From Desulfomonilia bacterium (GTDB lineage Bacteria > Desulfobacterota > Desulfomonilia > UBA1062), in assembly GCA_050014195.1 (NCBI GenBank), contig JBEKDT010000010.1:1-64000 (forward strand): a DNA stretch of 64,000 nucleotides, read 5' to 3'. Position 1 is the first letter of the stretch. Every line of letters starts with the position of its first letter. The position numbers and the translations under genes are program-made. Below, piece by piece: positions 45,542 to 57,849 of this stretch. Under the pieces are notes generated by a model. The model was not told where the DNA came from, did not search any database, and was given only the letters and a program-made list of their open reading frames with translations.

Positions 45542-47827
45542 ATGTTACATGAAACAGGACGGTCCAATCCCCTTGTCCTAGTGTTCACTGCACTCTGTTG
45601 CGGAATCTTCCTGTGGCTTCGTGACATCCCATCACTGGGTTTCTGCTCCGTCATCCTTGTTTGCCTTCTCTCTAAGCAAAGGATCATCCATGCCGTCATA
45701 GGACTTATATTGGGGATCGTTTCAGTCTGGCTTGCCCCTTCATGGGTATCCCTCGATGAAGGGTTGTATCAGATTGAGGGTGTCTTGTACTCATCCGAGT
45801 ATTCTCGAGGTACCCATAGAATGGTCCTTGAAGATGTAATGGTGGATGGGAAGAAGGTGAGGGGACATGCCCAGTTAAGTGTCTACCAAGATATTGCCGA
45901 TATTGCGCCGGGTTCTGTAGTGAGTACTGTTGCAAAATTAAGAACACTGACGGGATACGGCAACTTTGGTGAGTTCGACTACAAGCTCTATCTCCAGACC
46001 AAAGGTATTGTGATGACGGGTGTTGTGAGCAGATCAAATGCCCTCACCATCAAGAGATATATGAAACCAAGCGGCCTTAGATATGCAGTGAACACTTCTC
46101 TATCTCAACTTGCCAGGCCCGATGCCGAGGTGTTGAAAGCCATGCTCACCGGGGATACATCGGGGATAACGGATTCGATTCAAGACTGTTTCAATGCTCT
46201 TGGTATATCACATCTCATAGCCATCTCAGGGCTAAATATGACCATTGTCATAATTATTGGTTATACGACGGTCTTCAGCCTCTTGAGGATTATTCCTCCA
46301 CTTTCCCTCAGGCTTGACACGCCCCGCATAGCACTGATCTGCGGGATCATAGGCGTCATCATCTATACTATTTTTGTAGGGCCCAATATCCCCACATTAA
46401 GGGCAGCCATCATGGCCGGTTGTGTCATTCTCGGCCTTTTCTTGCTCCGGAAGCCGCATATTCTTGAGAGCCTGGCAATTGCCGGAATCCTCATCCTTAT
46501 CAAATGGCCATATTCCTTATACTCTGCGAGCTTCCTTCTCACGTTCGCAGCCGTCCTGGGTATTATCGCCACGATCCAGAAGGGCGCTGCATTTCCAAAA
46601 TGGATACATTCTATAATTATCCCGATCGTTGTTGCCGTATTCACTATGCCCATACTTATCTATCTTTTCGGGTTTATCTCGTGGAGAGGTATCATTGCCA
46701 ATATCATTATGGTACCCTTCTTCAGTCTTGCTATCATGCCGCTTGGGACTGCCGGACTCATCATATTCCCCATCTCGCACACAGTTGCTTTATTTTTATT
46801 CTCACTCGCCGAGGATGCAATAGGCCTGCTGATGTTGACAAGCCATACATTCGGTTCTTTGATTGCCGTGCCGAGATCATCGATCTATTGGGTATATTCC
46901 TGTTATGCAGGTCTGATCATTGCCTTCTTCGCGGCAAAATCAGCATGGCGTAACATCTGTCTCGCTGCCTTATGTATCACAGTTGTATTCATCCCCGTCA
47001 TAGAGCACCGCATTGTTGTTGCAAGCCCACTTTGCTTTGATTTTATCAATGTGGGCCAAGGGGACAGTATTCTCTTGACAAAAGGACCCCATGCAGTCCT
47101 CATCGATGCCGGTCCTGGACAGGCAGGGTTTGATATGGGCAGGTATATCGTAGCGCCTCATCTTCTGAGCAGGGGTATCGGATCATTGGATTTGGTAATC
47201 ATAACCCACATGCACCCCGACCATGTTGGCGGGATCTCCTATATACTGGAACGATTTCCTGTTAGAGAGGTATGGACAAATGCCTCACAGATAGACAATC
47301 CCAATTTCCAGGAGGTTATGCGCATAACAAAAGAGAGATCCATTCAAATGAAAAGTGTTTGTCTTGGAGACAGTTTTTATCTGGGAAATATGGCCCTTGA
47401 AGTTTTGGGCCCTCTCACACAGTTTGATACCCAAAAAGGGAAGTTGGATCAAAATATGCAATCAGTGGTTGTGCTGGCGGGTGATAACAACATGAAAGGG
47501 CTTTTCATGGGTGATGCGGACATGTTCGGCGAGCTTATTATTGCGCATCTGCGAAAGAACATCAGACCCGATGTGCTCAAGGTTGCCCACCATGGTGGTA
47601 TAAGGTCATGCCTCGATCCGTTCCTTGATGAAGTAAGGCCTAAAATTGCTGTGATCAGTTGCGGCCGTAATAATGTATATGGTGATCCATCCCTTCAAAC
47701 CGTCATGCGGCTCGAAAAACGGGGTATAAAGACATACAGGACGGATCAGCACGGAGAGATAATGATTACATCTTTGTCACCCGGATTCAATGTTAAGTTG
47801 GGCTATTTACCTGCCGATAATTATTAG
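45542..47827 (+). CDS. comEC: DNA uptake channel ComEC/Rec2 with metallo-beta-lactamase domain
   Basis: NFGEFDY, GISHLIAISGLN, LRAAIM, NVGQGDS, THMHPDHVGG, KVAHHG, RTDQHG. Confidence 0.92.
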   Translation: MLHETGRSNPLVLVFTALCCGIFLWLRDIPSLGFCSVILVCLLSKQRIIHAVIGLILGIVSVWLAPSWVSLDEGLYQIEGVLYSSEYSRGTHRMVLEDVMVDGKKVRGHAQLSVYQDIADIAPGSVVSTVAKLRTLTGYGNFGEFDYKLYLQTKGIVMTGVVSRSNALTIKRYMKPSGLRYAVNTSLSQLARPDAEVLKAMLTGDTSGITDSIQDCFNALGISHLIAISGLNMTIVIIIGYTTVFSLLRIIPPLSLRLDTPRIALICGIIGVIIYTIFVGPNIPTLRAAIMAGCVILGLFLLRKPHILESLAIAGILILIKWPYSLYSASFLLTFAAVLGIIATIQKGAAFPKWIHSIIIPIVVAVFTMPILIYLFGFISWRGIIANIIMVPFFSLAIMPLGTAGLIIFPISHTVALFLFSLAEDAIGLLMLTSHTFGSLIAVPRSSIYWVYSCYAGLIIAFFAAKSAWRNICLAALCITVVFIPVIEHRIVVASPLCFDFINVGQGDSILLTKGPHAVLIDAGPGQAGFDMGRYIVAPHLLSRGIGSLDLVIITHMHPDHVGGISYILERFPVREVWTNASQIDNPNFQEVMRITKERSIQMKSVCLGDSFYLGNMALEVLGPLTQFDTQKGKLDQNMQSVVVLAGDNNMKGLFMGDADMFGELIIAHLRKNIRPDVLKVAHHGGIRSCLDPFLDEVRPKIAVISCGRNNVYGDPSLQTVMRLEKRGIKTYRTDQHGEIMITSLSPGFNVKLGYLPADNY
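47793..47820 (+). promoter_or_regulatory. Sigma-28-like promoter TTAAG-N15-GCCGATAA inside the comEC 3' end
   Basis: Perfect FliA -10 GCCGATAA at 47813-47820, just upstream of the fimT RBS. Confidence 0.6.
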
Positions 47828-47848
47828 GAAGGACTAGGAGGGCTTGGA

Positions 47849-48358
47849 TTGCATACAGATTCCGGTCAGGATTATCAAATAAACAAGAGAGCAGGGTTCT
47901 CGCTTATTGAGCTGATGGTTGTCGTCATAATCATTGCCATCACAGCAGCAATAGCCATACCGAATATGTCCGGCTGGTTCGGCAAAAAAAACCTCGATTC
48001 CATTTCACTGCAGATGTTCTCCGATTTTCAGCGGGCCCGGAGCGAGGCCATAACCAGAGGCCGTACAGTCACAATCCAGATTAATAAAGCTGGAGGCTGG
48101 TATGAAATACATGATTCTACGAATAGTCAGATTGTTCCGCAAACTACCATGCTAAAAAATACTACCATAGCTAAAGTCGATGGATTTCCCCTCAATGCGT
48201 CAAATGCAAACACTTCAGGTATAAACTCTCGGGGTTTTACAACAACCCAGAGAGGTTATGTCATGATCAATTGCACATCAGCCTCGGGAGTGAAAAATAG
48301 GTACATCGTCCTTAATGTTGGCGGGATGATTCAGATACTAGACTCGGCACCGTGGTGA
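47849..48358 (+). CDS. fimT: Type IV minor pilin FimT/FimU (GspH-like)
   Basis: G|FSLIELMVV prepilin motif; QRARSEAI. Confidence 0.85.
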   Translation: MHTDSGQDYQINKRAGFSLIELMVVVIIIAITAAIAIPNMSGWFGKKNLDSISLQMFSDFQRARSEAITRGRTVTIQINKAGGWYEIHDSTNSQIVPQTTMLKNTTIAKVDGFPLNASNANTSGINSRGFTTTQRGYVMINCTSASGVKNRYIVLNVGGMIQILDSAPW

Positions 48359-48957
48359 ATATGCAGCTAATACAAAACAACAAAGGCGTCACACTCGTGG
48401 AGCTCATGATCGTCCTGGTCCTCTCGCTTCTGCTCATGGCGGCTGTATACCTGACTTACCAGCTCCAGCAAGCATCCGGTCAGTCACAGACCCAGGTGGT
48501 AGCCACCCAGCAGGATTTAAGGGCTGCAATGGACATCATATCCGTTGACATCATGAATTCCGGCGCTAACCCGGACTATTCCGTAACCAAACAGCAAATC
48601 CAGGGTATAACCAATACCAGCGGGGCATCCTCACTGGAACTCGTGATGGATCTTAACGGTAATGGTACCACGAACGGCGCAAGTGATATAGGTGAGGATG
48701 TCATCTATAGTCTGCAAGGGACAAGCCTTACCCGGACGTGTGTCAACCCTACTGGAAATATAACCCAGTACATTGCAAACAATGTTACCCAATTGACTTT
48801 CACCTACTTTGACTCAACATATACCCCGATCGTGCCTGCTCAATCGGTGAAATTTATTCGGGTGTCCCTCATAAAAAACAGTGATCAGGTTGATCCGCAG
48901 ACACATCAACCGGTCACCAGGCAACTTGAGCGCATTATTTGCAGACGGAATGGATAA
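48352..48957 (+). CDS. pilW: Type IV minor pilin PilW-like
   Basis: G|VTLVELMIV; QQDLRAAMD.I..DI..SG; C-terminal RN. Confidence 0.8.
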   Translation: MVNMQLIQNNKGVTLVELMIVLVLSLLLMAAVYLTYQLQQASGQSQTQVVATQQDLRAAMDIISVDIMNSGANPDYSVTKQQIQGITNTSGASSLELVMDLNGNGTTNGASDIGEDVIYSLQGTSLTRTCVNPTGNITQYIANNVTQLTFTYFDSTYTPIVPAQSVKFIRVSLIKNSDQVDPQTHQPVTRQLERIICRRNG

Positions 48958-48962
48958 TAATC

Positions 48963-49379
48963 ATGAAACATATGGATAAGGTGATCATTTATTCCTCTCA
49001 TAAGAAGCCAAGCGGGTTCACGCTCATTGAGCTCGTTGTAGCCATTCTTGTCTTTGCCATAGGCCTCGTGGGGATCTTGAAGATGCACCAGGCCTCCATA
49101 CAAAGCAATAACTTCAGCATGCAGCTTACTCAAGCTATGAACATAGCTGAAGATAAAATTGATTATCTGCGTGGACTAGGTGTGAATAACACTTCAATGA
49201 CCGTTGGTACACATAACTTTGTGACTGTTACGTCGATGGGTGTGCCGTATGCGATCACAACTACGGTATCGGTGACGCCGAATACCAATAGTTTAGGAAG
49301 AAACGTCAATCTCACAATCACATGGAATGAAAAAACCATTCCGCACAGCCTCGACTTAAACGAGACATTTACACCATGA
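48963..49379 (+). CDS. pilV: Type IV minor pilin PilV-like
   Basis: G|FTLIELVVAILVFAIGL; A..IAEDKID.LR; V..TITW. Confidence 0.8.
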   Translation: MKHMDKVIIYSSHKKPSGFTLIELVVAILVFAIGLVGILKMHQASIQSNNFSMQLTQAMNIAEDKIDYLRGLGVNNTSMTVGTHNFVTVTSMGVPYAITTTVSVTPNTNSLGRNVNLTITWNEKTIPHSLDLNETFTP

Positions 49380-49401
49380 ACAGAGCCAGGGAGCCGTTGA
49401 T

Positions 49402-49857
49402 ATGATGAAAAATGTCCTGAAAGACCGGGAAGGCGTGGTTCTCATACTCGTGCTCATCGTCCTGGTGGCTGCCATCATCATGGGTGTGATGATCATCAGA
49501 TCCTCGGTCCAGGAGTCGAGAATAGCGGGAAACGAGCGCAGGTATCTCACCCAGTTTGCCGATCTCGAGAGCGCTGCAAACCTTATCCTGATAGAAAATA
49601 CACAATCAGTTGCTTCGGTGTCTGATGGCATTGGTAATACATTCACTACCGTGGCAGGGGCGGGGAATTCATTGCCGCCAGGGACAAGTGTCACCGTGAC
49701 CCTTACGAATATCGGTCCAGCTCTAGTGAATACAGGCAACGGGACTAATTTAAAGACCAGGTATTATACGATCGTGGCGACAGATAGTACAGATAATCAG
49801 AGTGTTACCGTAGGCGCATACGAGGTATTCCCTTCAGGGCAGACAGTCGTGCAATGA
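49402..49857 (+). CDS. pilX: Type IV minor pilin PilX-like
   Basis: G|VVLILVL without E5; E.RIAGN pattern. Confidence 0.78.
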   Translation: MMKNVLKDREGVVLILVLIVLVAAIIMGVMIIRSSVQESRIAGNERRYLTQFADLESAANLILIENTQSVASVSDGIGNTFTTVAGAGNSLPPGTSVTVTLTNIGPALVNTGNGTNLKTRYYTIVATDSTDNQSVTVGAYEVFPSGQTVVQ

Positions 49858-50058
49858 GCCTCAAAAATGAAAGAGGAATTGATGTTATGCTAAGAAATAT
49901 CCGTGAGACGCTGCGGGTCATTGCCTAAAGCAGAGCCTTGAAGCACTTCACCATCCTTAAAAGCAACTTCCACAGCCAGTCTTAAAGGCGTTGAATCTGG
50001 AATATGTTTCATCACGAGATCTTTAGATTAGGTCCAGCAGGGCCGTTCCTCATCCCGA

Positions 50059-50472
50059 TCACTTCGGGGCCATCAGCTTCTTGTAGACCTTAGTGTCGGC
50101 AGCGCCGAGGATATGTGAAACAATGTGTATTTCAGCAGCAACAAACCCGTCTTTCTGTATAGCATCATTTTCGTAGCACTTTGCAAAGACAATGGTTCCC
50201 TTTTGCAACTTCCCCATGTCGTACTCATTCCCGTAATTATCCGTGATAAGGGTCTTAAGCTTCTTCCCTGCAATGGTCGTGTCCACGATGGTCACCTTTT
50301 TTTCTGCAACGACGATGTAGTGCTTTCCTACATACATGATGCTCCCTTGGATTGCCTTTGGGCTCCCTTCCCAGATGGTGTCCGCATGAGCATATGAGAG
50401 CGGGATCAAGATGACTGCGAACAGCGCCGCAATTAATCTTAGGATATTTTTTCTGTTTGGTATTTTCATCAT
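50059..50472 (-). CDS. Small exported hypothetical protein cotranscribed with pilY1
   Basis: Signal peptide ending AHA; RBS GAAAGGTG; 22 bp after pilY1. Confidence 0.65.
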   Translation of the reverse strand: MMKIPNRKNILRLIAALFAVILIPLSYAHADTIWEGSPKAIQGSIMYVGKHYIVVAEKKVTIVDTTIAGKKLKTLITDNYGNEYDMGKLQKGTIVFAKCYENDAIQKDGFVAAEIHIVSHILGAADTKVYKKLMAPK

Positions 50473-50494
50473 ATTATCACCTTTCTACTGGGCT

Positions 50495-53400
50495 TTAGTC
50501 AGATGTCCCTTTGATCCAGAAATAGCGGGTTAGGCCTGACGAAGCGTTGGTATTGTATGATCCGGTACCTTGTGAAGTACCGACAACTATGAAGGTCCCT
50601 TGCTGGGTGACAACAAGAGTCGGCTGTGAGGGTATACCGCCTCCGAGAGTTGTGCTCCTATCGGCTGGCGTAGGTGTAGCCCCTGGACCTCCCCCACTCG
50701 TCGAGCCAGTTTGATTAAATCCCGCATATACCGCTTCGCCGTTCAGATAGTTAATTGCATAGAGTCTCCCGGTGCCTGAACCAGTTCCCGTTGCGCAGCA
50801 ATCGCTCCCTGTGGAGGTTGAGGTCGGACTGAAGGTAGTGAAGTAGACTACCTGGTTAAACACGATGGGTGAAGAGACCACCTTTTCTCCTGAATTCTGA
50901 AGGGTAATGTACCAGCCAGGCCCTGTTGCCAAAGTTTGGATCAATTGCTGAATCTGGGTGCTTGTTAAAGTACCATTTTGGAGATTGTCAGCCGTCAGAT
51001 CGGTAAGATTCGAATCTGTAATGGGGGTACTGTCGCTCCAACTCACAGGCCATGTGTTGTTGATTGCATAGAACCTGTTGATCACAGTTGTATCTTCGGG
51101 GTTCTCACGGTCACCGCTGCCGATATATACCCAGTCACAGACCGTACCGTTCTCATTCACCTGTGCAACTTCCGGTGCATAGAAGAATTTCTTCAGCGTG
51201 CTGGTGGTTCCATCCTGTGGAGTAGCTGAGAAGAGCAATCTCTTCGTCCAACTGCCGTCGTAACTGCCGTTGTTCTTCTTTCTGCCGTTGAATACAAAGA
51301 GTTGTCCACCTAATGACGGAGCATAGACGGTATCATCACAACCGTCGCCGTCATTATCGTATGACATTAAATCCACCATACAGTACTGCATGCTTGAATA
51401 GTTCGTATAATTAAAATTAAATTTGCTGTCAGGACCGGTGCTGCTTGGAAGATCATACGCAAAGATAGCCCTGCCCATGCTGTCTCCCGCTCCTGGGTCT
51501 GAGAGGTCCTGGTTCGTATCATAGCCGCCGGCGATGAGAAGTACGTCGTGGGAAATCGGGTTGCCATGTGAGTCCGTGCCGGTTCTCAATTTACAGTAAT
51601 GCGGGGTGGACCAGGATTGGCCGAGCTGCTCACTTGTCGTGCCTAAAATGTTCGTTGGTATATACGAAACAAAAGTAGGCGAATTATAATTGGTGACATC
51701 GAGGATGGTATACTGATTCGTGAGATTTCCGCCTGTCGTGATGTTCAGCCCGCCTCTTCTGAGGCTGAAAGCTACATAGTCTCTATTACTACCGCTACTA
51801 CTGCTCGCATATACTACAGGCGATCCATCCACAAAGTAGTCATGATTGGTGTCCCCGGTAATATTGTAACAGGAGTTCGTGGAGGGCAGGTATTGGAGGT
51901 TAGGAAGTATACTCCAGGGGATGAATGCCCAGGACTCGGTGACAGTGTCGTCCGTCAGGGTTGTGGTATTTTGATCGTTGTCGATAAAACAATGCAAAAA
52001 CCCGTCGTTGGCGCCGGCAAAGATTACGTTCTGATGGTGTGTAGCATCATAAAGCACAGAGGGCTGCGAGTGAACGATATCGCCGAATATCCACGGGCGT
52101 GCCTTTGGATCGCCGCTATTAGAGGCATAAACACCGCTTGCAGTGGCAAAATTGATGAGATCGGCACTCTGGGTTGTCGTGGACAGACCGAGGTCGGCAG
52201 GAAGCACGTTTGTGCTGTTAAAGTTAAGCAAAGTGTTTCCGGAAGAACCTGACTTGAATGTGAGGAAGTTCCTGGCCGATTGTGTCAGCAGCTCGGCTCC
52301 AGCACCTCCCGCATTCACCACCATGCCATCGCCTCCGGATACGGGAACCCATGCGGATTGCGCGGTACCCAATATATTCCCGTTTGTATCGGTTGCCGGA
52401 TTCCCGTTTACATCCAGAATCTGCCCGGTCTCGCTATAACCGAACTTTTTAATGTTCCCCATCCAGACTCCAGGGGAGTTTGCATTAGGCAAAAAGAGCC
52501 CCAGGTAAATGGCATCATTGGCATAAGTCTTATTGGCTCTGCTCACGGGCACAACAGGGGCAACGTATTGGGAATTGGTTGTCAGTATATTGGTGATGAT
52601 AGTTTGAAAGACATTCTGGAGTGAGAGATTGCCCGATGCTTCGAAATACTGGCCCCGGCCATGGTTGGAATCAGCAGTCATCATCAGTGCTGAACGTCCG
52701 AAATCCGTAAAGCCTGCCCCGAATCCGATGGTATAGGTGACGATGTGCTGCTTTGGAAACTGGCTGTTGTCGAAGGGGCCACCGTTCGCATCATTGATGT
52801 TTGGCAGAAGGTCAGTTTCGTAGAGGAATTTGGCTACATCCGGCAGGTAGAAGCTCCCGCTATCGGAAGTGCTTTGCGGGATCGTCCCCACTTGATTAGG
52901 ATTAGAGACAAGATCATAGAATTGAGTAGTTGGATCAAGTGTATGGGTGCCATCATAAGAATAATTCGGAATGTATTGCCCGTTTAAATAAGGGCTGGCT
53001 GTAATGGTACTGTGGTGCGTGCTGCAATTGTTGATACCACCGAAAAAACTAGGGCTGGGAATACTATAGTCGGATGCGCAGATGCCGTTATCATGGGTCG
53101 AATCGCCATCCGTCATGATGATGACAAAGTTTTTCTGGCATCTCCACATAATCGCAGGAGGCACTATGGATGGGTTGCTCGGGTTCCAGACTGTACTATA
53201 CGTTCCTGTAGAATAGTCCGACGGATAGTTGGAGCTGTAATTAGAGCCGGTGTTGGACCACGATTTCTGTCGGGCAAAGTAGAGTCCTGCTTCCGCCAGG
53301 GTCTCAGCAAGAGGTGTCCATGTCTGCGCGGTTAATGAGTTTATCGTGTTCTCCAGAGTTGCTATGTTGGAGCTCCAGTCTTGACATGGCGCCACCAACA

Positions 53401-54112
53401 CACCGCCATGGTCTTGGTTACCGCTGGGATTGTAGGTCATCAATCCCCAACGCACACCAGTAGTGGCATTAATGAGGTTGCAGATGGTCTTTTGCGCGAT
53501 ATGGATCTTGGTGTCATACTCTGCATTATTGTTAGCTTGATTGGCTACGTAATAATTGACATAATTCCCTGTTGCAATGGTATATGATGTCGAAGGTAAT
53601 GATATCGTCGTATTTCCGTGGCTGGTTGTTATGGAACAGAAATAAGGAGAAGTCTTGCTTATTTTCCCGATATACTCTCCGGTCGAGCCGGTAAGATTAT
53701 TGTATGCTGTTGTCGCGTTAGATTTGGCAGTGTTACAATTAGTGCTATTTGAGCCGCTTGAACCGGCACAAGCATTCACGATTGTTTGATAAGCGCCTTG
53801 AATATTGCTCAAAGTTACTTGCGGTGATCCAAACGCCGACCAACTGCTGCCATTCTGATAATAGATCAAATTGGTGCTGTAGCTACCCGTATAGGTTGTG
53901 CTTGAGTTATAGGGAGCCATGGGTTGCCAGCCCGGGACTTGAATGGTGTCTCCCATACTTCCCGAATTGTCGAAAATGATAAGGACATTCGGAGGGATAT
54001 CGACTACACCGCCGCCGAAGACATCCGTATCTTCTGCGTATATTCTATCCGGAACAAACCAGAGAAAACAGAGAACGCCAAGTACTATGGCTATCCTATG
54101 CATATTGAGCAT
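50495..54112 (-). CDS. pilY1: PilY1/PilC-type pilus tip adhesin (vWA + beta-propeller)
   Basis: DNSGSM MIDAS, TPLAETL, IMTDG, GDIVHSQP, GANDGFLH, VDGSP, LGQSWSTP, Ca-loop DNDGDGCDD, GWYI.L...GEK; start 54112 has RBS AAGGAG. Confidence 0.9.
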   Translation of the reverse strand: MLNMHRIAIVLGVLCFLWFVPDRIYAEDTDVFGGGVVDIPPNVLIIFDNSGSMGDTIQVPGWQPMAPYNSSTTYTGSYSTNLIYYQNGSSWSAFGSPQVTLSNIQGAYQTIVNACAGSSGSNSTNCNTAKSNATTAYNNLTGSTGEYIGKISKTSPYFCSITTSHGNTTISLPSTSYTIATGNYVNYYVANQANNNAEYDTKIHIAQKTICNLINATTGVRWGLMTYNPSGNQDHGGVLVAPCQDWSSNIATLENTINSLTAQTWTPLAETLAEAGLYFARQKSWSNTGSNYSSNYPSDYSTGTYSTVWNPSNPSIVPPAIMWRCQKNFVIIMTDGDSTHDNGICASDYSIPSPSFFGGINNCSTHHSTITASPYLNGQYIPNYSYDGTHTLDPTTQFYDLVSNPNQVGTIPQSTSDSGSFYLPDVAKFLYETDLLPNINDANGGPFDNSQFPKQHIVTYTIGFGAGFTDFGRSALMMTADSNHGRGQYFEASGNLSLQNVFQTIITNILTTNSQYVAPVVPVSRANKTYANDAIYLGLFLPNANSPGVWMGNIKKFGYSETGQILDVNGNPATDTNGNILGTAQSAWVPVSGGDGMVVNAGGAGAELLTQSARNFLTFKSGSSGNTLLNFNSTNVLPADLGLSTTTQSADLINFATASGVYASNSGDPKARPWIFGDIVHSQPSVLYDATHHQNVIFAGANDGFLHCFIDNDQNTTTLTDDTVTESWAFIPWSILPNLQYLPSTNSCYNITGDTNHDYFVDGSPVVYASSSSGSNRDYVAFSLRRGGLNITTGGNLTNQYTILDVTNYNSPTFVSYIPTNILGTTSEQLGQSWSTPHYCKLRTGTDSHGNPISHDVLLIAGGYDTNQDLSDPGAGDSMGRAIFAYDLPSSTGPDSKFNFNYTNYSSMQYCMVDLMSYDNDGDGCDDTVYAPSLGGQLFVFNGRKKNNGSYDGSWTKRLLFSATPQDGTTSTLKKFFYAPEVAQVNENGTVCDWVYIGSGDRENPEDTTVINRFYAINNTWPVSWSDSTPITDSNLTDLTADNLQNGTLTSTQIQQLIQTLATGPGWYITLQNSGEKVVSSPIVFNQVVYFTTFSPTSTSTGSDCCATGTGSGTGRLYAINYLNGEAVYAGFNQTGSTSGGGPGATPTPADRSTTLGGGIPSQPTLVVTQQGTFIVVGTSQGTGSYNTNASSGLTRYFWIKGTSD

Positions 54113-54190
54113 ATCTCCGCTCCTTTTCGTTTTTATGCTTATCATTTATTGCTATATAATGAGCGAGCATACCTATTCACACTTTAAGAT

Positions 54191-54218
54191 ATTTCGGCAG
54201 ATAACACGGTTATCATGA
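54191..54218 (-). promoter_or_regulatory. Sigma-28-like promoter candidate TCATG-N15-GCCGAAAT containing palindrome GATAAC-N3-GTTATC
   Basis: Seen upstream of pilY1; inverted repeat at 54200-54214. Confidence 0.45.
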
Positions 54219-54270
54219 GGATTACAAATTTGATGGTTTACGGAGAGAGCTTGGCTTTATAATTTAAACA

Positions 54271-55383
54271 TTATGGATTGAGGATGTGTATATATGCCAT
54301 GTCACCTTCTACCATCATATCGGCCTGGGCGATCTGTTTTTGCTTGAGGCCGTCGAGGATATCCTGGAGGCTGCCTTTGATCTGGATGGTATGACAGATG
54401 GCATGACCCTGAATGCTGGAAACAGTGATCTTGGTAATTGCATCCATGGAACGAAGTGCGTTCATCATGGACTGATAGGTATCATAATCCTTGATATTTT
54501 CAATACATAGCCCTTTCTCATTCAATACAGGGCGTATGACTACCACCTTTTTAACGATCTCCGATCTTATCTGGTCAAGGATTGCTGTGATCAAAAGCTC
54601 GTTCATGGTTTTAACATCAACAGTGCCTTTGAAGGTTATGACGGAACTAAAAAGACATTGCTTTGTCTTGACGTCGATAAGCGAGATATCCATACGTGAT
54701 TCAATATTAATTGAATCAGCAGATTTATGAGTTACAGATCCGGTAATGACAAGGCTGGCGCCCGAAATCGATGCCAAAGAAAGGGCCCGTTCAGGCCCGG
54801 CAGGCAACACAGCGATGCGCTGGGGAACGTCGGATATATTCTCGCCTGCATTCTTAAGCCGTAAGGCAAGCTGTGTCTCAAAGGGGGAATATCCCTTGGA
54901 TTTAGTTGCAGACCACCATTCATATCGTTCGGCCGGTCCGGGTCCGCGGGTTGTTATGGCGAGAAGGATTAAAGGTCTCAGTCCAAGAGGTGTTGTAAAC
55001 GTCTGCGTCTGGAGCCATTCCTTCAGAGGAGTGTCATTTATTTTGAGATCCAGGCTTAGGTTAAGGACATTATCCTGTTGAGAACGCGACACTATCTGAT
55101 ATTGGAGGATGTCTTGGGTCCCTCGTGAGGCGACAAAACCTTTGAGCTTCTGTGCAAGATCGACAGAAGAGCTTCCCGGTACTTGCCTGAGGGCTAAATC
55201 AAGATACGCCTTGTAAAATGCATCTTCAAAAGCGATCTTCTCAGCTTGTGATATATTTCCGCCGGTTATGGCGCTTATGCCGGATACACTCAGCGACACT
55301 TCTGCACGTGCGGGGCTGACGCTGGAAAATACTGCGAGGATCAGCCAGAAAACCCCGCACGTACTAAGGCGGGAGATGCTCAT
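54271..55383 (-). CDS. Exported protein, DUF2066/FlgT-N-like
   Basis: Signal peptide (ARA), A...A..DAF..A helix, ferredoxin-like C-terminus; ATGA overlap with hfq. Confidence 0.6.
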   Translation of the reverse strand: MSISRLSTCGVFWLILAVFSSVSPARAEVSLSVSGISAITGGNISQAEKIAFEDAFYKAYLDLALRQVPGSSSVDLAQKLKGFVASRGTQDILQYQIVSRSQQDNVLNLSLDLKINDTPLKEWLQTQTFTTPLGLRPLILLAITTRGPGPAERYEWWSATKSKGYSPFETQLALRLKNAGENISDVPQRIAVLPAGPERALSLASISGASLVITGSVTHKSADSINIESRMDISLIDVKTKQCLFSSVITFKGTVDVKTMNELLITAILDQIRSEIVKKVVVIRPVLNEKGLCIENIKDYDTYQSMMNALRSMDAITKITVSSIQGHAICHTIQIKGSLQDILDGLKQKQIAQADMMVEGDMAYIHILNP

Positions 55384-55616
55384 CCTGCAAGGAAATCTTT
55401 CAGCTTGGAATTGATCTCTGCCGGTTCAATCCGTCCCACTGCATGCTTATAAATGAGGATAGGCTTCTCGGTCTGAATTAATATACAGAAAGGGTCAAAA
55501 CTCTTCACAAATCCTTCTACCTTTGTATTGTCTACGAGGGTAACTATGATGGGAACCCTTTCCTTCCGTGCCTGATTCAGAAACTGGTCCTGTACGTTAA
55601 ACACAACTTTTCCCAT
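55380..55616 (-). CDS. hfq: RNA chaperone Hfq
   Basis: NVQDQFLN..RKE, G.VKSFD.F.IL, IYKHAV. Confidence 0.92.
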   Translation of the reverse strand: MGKVVFNVQDQFLNQARKERVPIIVTLVDNTKVEGFVKSFDPFCILIQTEKPILIYKHAVGRIEPAEINSKLKDFLAG

Positions 55617-55685
55617 TACAACCTCCTTATGGCGAGGGATCCACTCGTTATAACAACCATTTGTATGTTGTGCTTGTATTCCTAA

Positions 55686-57845
<2,160 letters not shown>

Positions 57846-57849
57846 TGCT

